64,000 bases of DNA from assembly GCA_043824495.1 (NCBI GenBank), contig JBDRSV010000005.1, positions 1-64,000 of the forward strand. The letters run 5' to 3'. The position numbers were made by a program, and so were the translations under genes. The stretch is from Candidatus Aenigmatarchaeota archaeon. GTDB taxonomy: Archaea; Aenigmatarchaeota; Aenigmatarchaeia; QMZP01. Every line of letters starts with the position of its first letter. Positions within the stretch are counted from its first letter, which is position 1. Below, one piece after another: positions 57,445 to 64,000 of this stretch. Below the pieces are notes generated by a model, which saw nothing but the letters and a program-made list of their open reading frames with translations, searched no databases and was not told where the DNA came from.

Positions 57445-57849
57445 CTAAGTTTTGATCTTCATTGGCTCTAGTTTAAGCGAAGGCATTTTAACTTTTTTCC
57501 CTTCCATTTTAGCTAGTTTGATCTCTACAAAAAGACTAGTTACCATGTCATCAACTGTTTTGAGCACTTTAACCATTGGGCTCTCAACATTCAATACAAA
57601 CATCTTAGCTCTTCCGACTGTTCTTCTTTGTTTTATGATACCAAGATCGATAAATTGTTTGTATATTGAACTCATGGTTGCCCAGGAGATCCCCGATTTT
57701 TTAGCGATCTCAGTAAGACTATAATCGAAGTTTCCGTCAGTATTCAGCAAGAAATCCATGACTTTTATGAATGGAGAATCGCCAAAGACTTTTTTAAAAC
57801 TAGAGTCTCCCATCCGACTTCTATTATTGTTATTGTCCATCCAAGTCAC
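57445..57849 (-). CDS. HTH-domain hypothetical regulator
   Basis: FGDSPFIKVMDFLL..DYSLTEIAKKSGISW..RTVGRAKMF. Confidence 0.7.
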   Translation of the reverse strand: MTWMDNNNNRSRMGDSSFKKVFGDSPFIKVMDFLLNTDGNFDYSLTEIAKKSGISWATMSSIYKQFIDLGIIKQRRTVGRAKMFVLNVESPMVKVLKTVDDMVTSLFVEIKLAKMEGKKVKMPSLKLEPMKIKT

Positions 57850-58015
57850 CTCTATTAATGTAAATATTGTATTATAACGCTATGTTTTGTAGCGTTACAC
57901 TTTGTTATATAACTAATTATGGACTATAATCTTTATAAAGGTATGTATTTTGTATATATTTAAACTCATTAATTGAGTTAAGTATTTAAGTACAGAATGT
58001 AAAATATTTCAATGT

Positions 58016-58288
58016 ATGGAAGATTTAGAGAAAATCATACTGAGAACTCTATTGAGGCACAACAAAATTGGAGAGAATTACACAAAAATACAACACGCCA
58101 CTTCAAAAGTGCCTAACAGTACCAAAAGTGCGGACATTAAAAAAGCCATCAAGAATCTTCGTAATGCGGGCTGGATAGAACTGCATAAAAAGAATACCTG
58201 TATTTCTCTAACAGGGAACCGAGGGCGCATAGAAGAGATTAAGAAGCTTATAGGATTTACGAGATCACTTTTTTCTCTGTTATTTTAA
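58016..58288 (+). CDS. Small basic hypothetical protein
   Basis: IKKAIKNLRNAGWI..CISL winged-helix-like pattern; divergent from the HTH gene. Confidence 0.6.
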   Translation: MEDLEKIILRTLLRHNKIGENYTKIQHATSKVPNSTKSADIKKAIKNLRNAGWIELHKKNTCISLTGNRGRIEEIKKLIGFTRSLFSLLF

Positions 58289-58447
58289 TCTACTTCTCCT
58301 AATCAACTCAATACCAACAATAAGAACTATCACACCACAAATACCAGCAATAACAATAAGTCCCTGAGTTAAGGTATCCGTGACATAAGTATTCTTATAT
58401 ATGGGGAATAATCGATGTCCCCATTTATTTTTCTTTTATTTATTATA

Positions 58448-59914
58448 TCATTTCAAAGCCGGTCCCTGTAATCCAGGCACAAAATCACAATTACATCCTT
58501 CCCAGCACATGTATTTCTTGTTGAACACCTTACAGAAGTTGTTTACAGATACATGTATAGGTTCTTCGTCCCAAAAGACTCCATCTGTTACGTTTACTGT
58601 GAAATCATATTCTCCGCTGGAGGATGGTCCAGTTTTCCATTGGAAATATGAGCCTGACCAGGTAAATACTGGGTTATCTATGTGGTATGTTAAATCATCT
58701 CCGTTTCTATCCAATGCTTCTGGATAAATTCTTACTAATCCCATTTCATTAACTGTTATATTTTGGAATGGTTCTAGGACAGGTGCTACCGCTTCACTGA
58801 CGTTAATTTGATAGCTTTGTTCATCGAATAAGAAGCCATCGGAGACTCTTAGTGTTACTGTATAATTCCCTGATTGATTATAATTAGGCGACCATGTTAC
58901 CAATCCATTTAGACTGTCTATTATCATTTCTGGTGGGTATTGGATTAAGAAATAATTCAATATGAAACTTCCAGGATAATAAACTTCAACATCATATGAA
59001 TAAAATTCACCTCCCACTACTTCTGTTATGGGGGTTGATGTTATTTCTGGTACAAAGCTTCCGCCAAGTGGTTTGTGATCTATTCCATCAAAAGGACCCG
59101 GAACGATGTAAGTGTATGGGTATCCAGGGTTTGTTTCAAAATCTCCCCAATAGTTTCCCATCACCGAGTTATTCCAATAGTTGTTTTCAGCTTGAACTTC
59201 TTCAAAAGCGTTTATCGAATTATTGTACATAGAATTATTCCAGAATATGTTATTATGCGCTTTATGAACTCTTAGTCCGTATATATTATTCTCGTATAGT
59301 ACGTTTTCAAATAATTGTGCATAATCTGTTTCACCGACAAGAATTCCGTAGTTGTTATTGTGCGCAATGTTTTTTGATAACACACTTCTGTGTGCAAAAT
59401 TCTGATTTGCAATCCCCTGGTTATTCAAAAAAATATGATTTCTAGATATTATGGTGTTTTGACTGCCAATGATTAATAATCCGGCATCAAAGTTATCATG
59501 GACTGTATTATTTTCTAGAGTGTTATTGTTGGCCGCCGAATATATTTTTATTCCGTGAAGAAAATCGGTAACTTCGCAATTTTTGATAATTACATTGTCA
59601 TATCCTTCATTTGAAATGCCTTCATAGAGCATGCTATTAATACCATCTAGTAAATGGCCATTGCAATCTAGTGTTACATTGTTGGCAGCTATTCTAATTG
59701 GTATTCCACTACAGCTTGTGATGTCATACCACATTGTGTGATTAGAAGATAAATAATCACCACATTGACATGCAACGAGATCACCGCATATACCTTCAGG
59801 GCTGTTTATTTCATTGACTTCCAAATTCTCAGCTGATAGTTTCTGTCCATAAACAAAACTAACACTGATAGAAGCAACAATTACACATACTAGTAGTACG
59901 AGAGCAACCCTCAT
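58448..59914 (-). CDS. Secreted parallel beta-helix (NosD/CASH-like) protein with two Ig/cadherin-like domains
   Basis: Signal peptide, repeated GI...NN...N units, GNYW motif, and WSP...G.Y and WKT...G.Y Ig repeats. Confidence 0.82.
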   Translation of the reverse strand: MRVALVLLVCVIVASISVSFVYGQKLSAENLEVNEINSPEGICGDLVACQCGDYLSSNHTMWYDITSCSGIPIRIAANNVTLDCNGHLLDGINSMLYEGISNEGYDNVIIKNCEVTDFLHGIKIYSAANNNTLENNTVHDNFDAGLLIIGSQNTIISRNHIFLNNQGIANQNFAHRSVLSKNIAHNNNYGILVGETDYAQLFENVLYENNIYGLRVHKAHNNIFWNNSMYNNSINAFEEVQAENNYWNNSVMGNYWGDFETNPGYPYTYIVPGPFDGIDHKPLGGSFVPEITSTPITEVVGGEFYSYDVEVYYPGSFILNYFLIQYPPEMIIDSLNGLVTWSPNYNQSGNYTVTLRVSDGFLFDEQSYQINVSEAVAPVLEPFQNITVNEMGLVRIYPEALDRNGDDLTYHIDNPVFTWSGSYFQWKTGPSSSGEYDFTVNVTDGVFWDEEPIHVSVNNFCKVFNKKYMCWEGCNCDFVPGLQGPALK

Positions 59915-59972
59915 AATTAGAATAGATAGAAAGATTTAAAATACTTTTTAATCCTCCCTCTAAGATTTTGTT

Positions 59973-60110
59973 ATGAGCAAATCATTCAAGTGTAGTTTAG
60001 GAATCCACAAATACCAGAAGTTCATGGGATATCAGAATGTGGGTGGAGGAAAGTTCAGACAGCAATACAAATGTATCCACTGTGACCATATCATGGAGAA
60101 AATTGCATGA
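59973..60110 (+). CDS. 45-aa zinc-binding micro-protein (not in ORF track)
   Basis: MSKSFKCSLGIHKY...YKCIHC; the stop overlaps the next start (ATGA). Confidence 0.6.
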   Translation: MSKSFKCSLGIHKYQKFMGYQNVGGGKFRQQYKCIHCDHIMEKIA

Positions 60111-60553
60111 AACTACCAACTAGAAGAAAAGAAGATACTAGTAAGAAAAGACTATTCAAATTACCAACCTTTATTATGGTCCTTTATCCTGGTTGGCAAC
60201 TATATAGAGATATTACGGATCCGATATCATTTTTTAATAATAAAAAAGGAATAATCCAGGTTTTAACATTCACAAGAGATAAAGAAATAGAATTGGGTGC
60301 CACAAAACCAGAAGAAGTTTTGAAAAAATATATAGAGAAAGAGACAAAGTCTGAAGTGAAAATGAAACGCTTTGAAAAGAATGATTCTACTTACGTTTTA
60401 TCTGACTATTACAAAACAAAGGATAAAACTATGAGAGCAATGTTCATTGAGAATAAGAAGAAAGCCGCATTTGTCACATTTGCTCATGAAACAATCCCCA
60501 AAGATGATGAAGACATAGAAAAAATGCTCATATCCTTTGAGTTAGGGAATTGA
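60107..60553 (+). CDS. Hypothetical protein
   Basis: 148-aa ORF with an alpha/beta pattern (YPGW..SF ending). Confidence 0.6.
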   Translation: MKLPTRRKEDTSKKRLFKLPTFIMVLYPGWQLYRDITDPISFFNNKKGIIQVLTFTRDKEIELGATKPEEVLKKYIEKETKSEVKMKRFEKNDSTYVLSDYYKTKDKTMRAMFIENKKKAAFVTFAHETIPKDDEDIEKMLISFELGN

Positions 60554-60866
60554 TAGAAAGATTTAAAAAGACTTTTATGGTCTTGTACGAAGGTCTTGTA
60601 CGAAGATTTAGTAATGAAGAGTTGGGTTCTCTCCCAACGTGTTAATTTCTACTAAAATAAACAATTATTAGACCTAGAACACCTATGAATATTCCTATTA
60701 CTGTTTGGATTGTTGGATCGAAAATTGACCAGTCCACAATAATATTGTCTGCGACTCCTAGAAATAGTAATGAAACAAATATCAGTATTAGTCCAAATAA
60801 TAACATACCTGAGGGTTTCATGAAGATCTTTTAGCAGATGGTATTAAAACGTTTAAGTTGAAGTAT

Positions 60867-61772
60867 TTACCTGCTTGCCCTCAAAACGCCTGTAGGCACT
60901 TTAGTTACGTCAACAGAGTTTCCAAGAGTTTCGAGATATTTTCTTACAAAGCTTCCATTTCTCATGAAGTATAAACTAGATGAATCGTACCTATCATGCC
61001 AATTAATAAGAAAATCTGGGAAGTCTGAATCGGATATAAACTTTTCTGATAATCTCAAATCATTGAGGCTTCTACTTCTTGTGTTGTCTAGACAATCTCC
61101 ATCAGAATAACCTTGTTGATTCCAGAACATTTTTTCAAGTCTGTAAGCAGTACCTTCAGATAAACCATAAAGAACTTTTAAAACATCTCCAAATTCCTCG
61201 TCTCTTTCTATGACTCGCTTCATTATATCTATCATGTTCCCATCAACTCCATGAACAGATTTCATATAGTCCATTGTGAGTATTAGTGCGTTTATTACAG
61301 GAATATCTTGAATAGAGTAGCATGCGAACTTACTTAGAACGTGTATGAATGAGTCTGCATATTTAGGAAGTTTGGGTCTCCTCTCTGTGCTAACACCTAA
61401 ATTTTCTTCCCCAACAACAAAAACAGGTGCAGTTTTTAGTTTAATCTGAACTGGTGCTGGTTTTATTTCGATGGCAGATGGTGAAATTGTAATATCAGCT
61501 TCTTCGTCAGTATGAAATCCTTTGAAATGATCATAACCAAATCTTCTTGGTTCAATATCATGTTCTATCCCAAATCCTGAAGCTCGAACGCCTGTCATTG
61601 TTTCAGGTCCTATAGGATTGAAACTTTCTTCATCTACAGACGCCAAGCCCATTCCTATTCTAACTAAATCCGAGCCAAGAAGACCCCTATAAAAATCCTT
61701 GAGACGATCTTCATACTCGGAAACAAGTTCAGCCATTCCAGGCTCCATGTTTCTTGTAAATTCTTCTAGCAT
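60867..61772 (-). CDS. Hypothetical protein
   Basis: 301-aa ORF; no recognised motif. Confidence 0.65.
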   Translation of the reverse strand: MLEEFTRNMEPGMAELVSEYEDRLKDFYRGLLGSDLVRIGMGLASVDEESFNPIGPETMTGVRASGFGIEHDIEPRRFGYDHFKGFHTDEEADITISPSAIEIKPAPVQIKLKTAPVFVVGEENLGVSTERRPKLPKYADSFIHVLSKFACYSIQDIPVINALILTMDYMKSVHGVDGNMIDIMKRVIERDEEFGDVLKVLYGLSEGTAYRLEKMFWNQQGYSDGDCLDNTRSRSLNDLRLSEKFISDSDFPDFLINWHDRYDSSSLYFMRNGSFVRKYLETLGNSVDVTKVPTGVLRASR

Positions 61773-61888
61773 ATATTTGAGTCTTGAATGTAAAATTTAA
61801 ATTCGTTTAATGTACTACAAGAACTTAAATTCTATCAAAACCAATTATATATACATATTATAATATTTAGAATCGATAGGATGATCAT

Positions 61889-61990
61889 ATGATTACACCA
61901 AATAGCTTAATGCCACTCCCAATAAGAATACTGATTGCAATCATTATACTTTTGATAATATTTTTCGTTTATGGTTGGCCTTTTGTTTAA
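61889..61990 (+). CDS. Putative 33-aa single-TM micropeptide (not in ORF track)
   Basis: MITPNSLMPLPIRILIAIIILLIIFFVYGWPFV. Confidence 0.35.
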   Translation: MITPNSLMPLPIRILIAIIILLIIFFVYGWPFV

Positions 61991-62018
61991 TTGAATAAGT
62001 TTTTAAGAGCGTTTATTG

Positions 62019-62531
62019 CTAATCATCGAATATTTCTCTGGGCCAGTGGTGTGTGAGTGCGAAGTATGCTCCTGCATCTACGTCTTCTTTCTCTTGCCGA
62101 CTTAGACGGGAGAATTTTATTGGATTTCTTTTGTTGTAAACTTTCTCTGGGAAGCTTTCTGGGAGACCTTCTTCTGGGAGGAAAGTATATGGATCGCAGT
62201 CTCTATCGCATCCAAACCAGAGGTTATGATTTCTATATAGTCTTATGCCGAGTTGAGCTGGACTAAAATCCACGTCTAATATTTTGAGTCTTCCATAGCC
62301 GGAATAACGGCCTTTATGTTTACCTCTTTTCCTGGGTTTTACTGTGCTTGGTATTGGTCTTATCTCGAATCCGCAGTAGAAAGCATCTCTATAATAATAC
62401 TTTGCTTTGAGTGTGAAGTATATTGTTTCAAATCCTTTCTTGCTTACATAACCTCGGTGTTCATAGCTAAGTCGCATCCCAGACATTTCTTCTTCTAAGA
62501 ATTCTCTAATAAAATCTGGAACTTCATTCAT
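62019..62531 (-). CDS. Hypothetical protein
   Basis: 170-aa ORF; no recognised motif. Confidence 0.6.
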   Translation of the reverse strand: MNEVPDFIREFLEEEMSGMRLSYEHRGYVSKKGFETIYFTLKAKYYYRDAFYCGFEIRPIPSTVKPRKRGKHKGRYSGYGRLKILDVDFSPAQLGIRLYRNHNLWFGCDRDCDPYTFLPEEGLPESFPEKVYNKRNPIKFSRLSRQEKEDVDAGAYFALTHHWPREIFDD

Positions 62532-62641
62532 TACTATCTTTAATATGTAGTGTTGTATTTTTGATAATCATTTATGTGAGAAAATGTGTGTACTGTTGTT
62601 ATATTGGATATACTTTTAACTCCTTTTACTAAGTCTTCTAT

Positions 62642-62905
62642 ATGCATTGTGATAAATGTAAGAAAACAGTAACTCAGGCAGTATTTAATTATTCTGTAGC
62701 GAAATATGAAAAAACTCTATGTATGAGTTGTCAAAGAGTGTATACAACTGTAACACGTAAGGTCGTTGGGGATAAGAGTAAAGAAGTTGGAGAAGATCTA
62801 CATTGCGATAAATGTAAGAAAAATGTGAGTCAAGCAGTGTATGATTATTCTAAAAAGAGACATGAAAGAGCTCTATGCATGAACTGTCAAAAAAGGGTTA
62901 AGTAA
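62642..62905 (+). CDS. Tandem zinc-ribbon protein
   Basis: Two copies of HCDKCKK.V.QAV..YS...(Y/H)E..LCM.CQ. Confidence 0.75.
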   Translation: MHCDKCKKTVTQAVFNYSVAKYEKTLCMSCQRVYTTVTRKVVGDKSKEVGEDLHCDKCKKNVSQAVYDYSKKRHERALCMNCQKRVK

Positions 62906-62938
62906 AAATAGAAAGAATTGAAAGTCTTTTTAGTGTTA

Positions 62939-64000
62939 CTATCTCCTACAAGTTGGGGCTGGATCGCCTGCGAATAAGTGATCAATCATTATAGCCAAAT
63001 CCAATGCAGTTGGAAAACCATCCCCATCTAAGTCAGCAAGCCATGGAGGATCAGGCAGAGGTTCTCCTGCGAACAGTATGTCAATAAGTTTTGCAAGATC
63101 TAACGCTGTGAGGAAGCCGTCATAGTCTAAGTCTCCGCATACAATATTGTTGACAGTTATAGTAACTTCCTGTTCATCATAAAGTTCAGTAGTGTCTGTA
63201 ACTCTGAATGTAACATTATATACTCCAGAATCATTAAATGTTGGAGTCCAGTTGAATAATCCAGTTTGTGGATCAAATGAGTATGGGCTTGGTAGGCCTT
63301 CATCTATTTCGAAGGATAAATCATCTTCATTAGCATCTGTAGCATTTAATTGAATAACTACTGAATATGTTTCATAAACTTCTTGATTGGCAATAGTATC
63401 AAGAACGGGTGGTGTTGGACCAATTATTGCAGTTATCAATTGTGAGTCATTGTTGTTTGAATTATTCATTTCTATTTTTACTAGATCCTCATCAACTCTA
63501 GCTTCTATTAGATGATCACCTATACCAGAAACTATGTGAAGTAGTACAAACTGTTTAAGGTTGTATTTGTTGATATTTTGGAAATCTTCAACAAGAAGTT
63601 CATCATTATCATATATTTTGGTTGAGATGTTTTTCATATTAACTCCTCCAATATTGTTAATAGTAACAGTGATTGTAATTTCTTCGCCATCAATTGGATT
63701 TTCATTGGAAATGTTAATTGTTGGAATTAGATCACCAAACCAGTCAAAGTCGCTGTATGGCATAGTAGGAGTTTGATTACTGTTTGATATATTTCTTGCA
63801 CCAAAACCATGACCATCTACTCCACCACCAGAGTAATAATTCCACATTGGATCAGTTTGTGTCAAATAGTCTGTGTGTCCCATTGCTCTACCAAAAATAT
63901 TAATCACAAAAGCGTCAGTGTAATAGATGTATGGTGGACCCAAGCTGAATGTTCTATCAAGTGTATCTTTGTTGTCATTTAATATTTTGTAGAATCGTTC
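62939..64000 (-). CDS. 5'-truncated secreted protein with CARDB, Ig-like and dockerin-like domains
   Basis: The frame is open to the window edge; GDLIPT..GEEITITVTINNIG..E.NNSNN CARDB pattern, WTPTFNDSG.Y Ig domain and duplicated DxDxDG..TALDL. Confidence 0.8.
   Translation of the reverse strand, partial: ERFYKILNDNKDTLDRTFSLGPPYIYYTDAFVINIFGRAMGHTDYLTQTDPMWNYYSGGGVDGHGFGARNISNSNQTPTMPYSDFDWFGDLIPTINISNENPIDGEEITITVTINNIGGVNMKNISTKIYDNDELLVEDFQNINKYNLKQFVLLHIVSGIGDHLIEARVDEDLVKIEMNNSNNNDSQLITAIIGPTPPVLDTIANQEVYETYSVVIQLNATDANEDDLSFEIDEGLPSPYSFDPQTGLFNWTPTFNDSGVYNVTFRVTDTTELYDEQEVTITVNNIVCGDLDYDGFLTALDLAKLIDILFAGEPLPDPPWLADLDGDGFPTALDLAIMIDHLFAGDPAPTCRR

Noticed and set aside
58285-58430. Open hydrophobic reading frame downstream of the beta-helix gene resembling a TM anchor
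   Set aside because: No usable start codon before the hydrophobic segment and it is separated by stops; it cannot be supported as a gene or a frameshift.
60579-60604. 13-bp tandem duplication GGTCTTGTACGAA
   Set aside because: Only two copies with no associated structure; probably local slippage.
373-63776. Many ORF-track entries antisense or out of frame to well-supported genes (for example 373..561, 905..1255, 10284..10955, 12694..13287, 19887..20333, 30866..31327)
   Set aside because: They fully overlap genes with recognisable motifs and lack their own motifs or start signals, so they are treated as shadow ORFs.
1-64000. CRISPR array, cas genes, rRNA, integrase or transposase genes
   Set aside because: No regularly spaced repeat-spacer array or recognisable motifs were seen. 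The dispersed 25-bp motif is kilobases apart and is not an array.

Overview
This is an AT-rich archaeal chromosome segment, most consistent with a small-genome DPANN-type archaeon (inference). Host markers include MCM with an intein, GluRS, GatD/GatE, archaeal-type ThrRS, MC1, Rqc2, a TadC/ArlJ-like protein, a prepilin peptidase, tRNA-Gln(CTG) and tRNA-Ser(GGA). The main observation is four GC-richer islands of about 1.3, 5.7, 1.4 and 2.2 kb (33-1315, 9076-14736, 21219-22647, 47284-49439) that share one architecture. Each has a conserved left end of roughly 150 bp (TCATGYTCCACA box, further colinear boxes and a stem-loop with compensatory changes; degenerate in the third island). The cargo genes are all co-oriented and mostly carry strong Shine-Dalgarno motifs. 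Each island ends in a 25-bp right-end motif, TTTATATTGTCWANTTARAGGGATA, with 22 of 25 positions invariant. No integrase or transposase is visible in the window. Cargo includes an intact bacterial FliA/WhiG sigma factor, degenerate FHA paralogs sharing an unrecognised helical domain, lipoprotein-like proteins, Ig-like paralogs, an unannotated type IV pilin-like peptide and a Cys-rich micro-protein. Two other insertions are separately visible: a kinase-like gene flanked by a 17-bp repeat of the gltX 3' end, and a Fic plus glycosyltransferase islet flanked by a tRNA-Ser 3'-end repeat. All calls come from reading the sequence by eye; no database searches were run.
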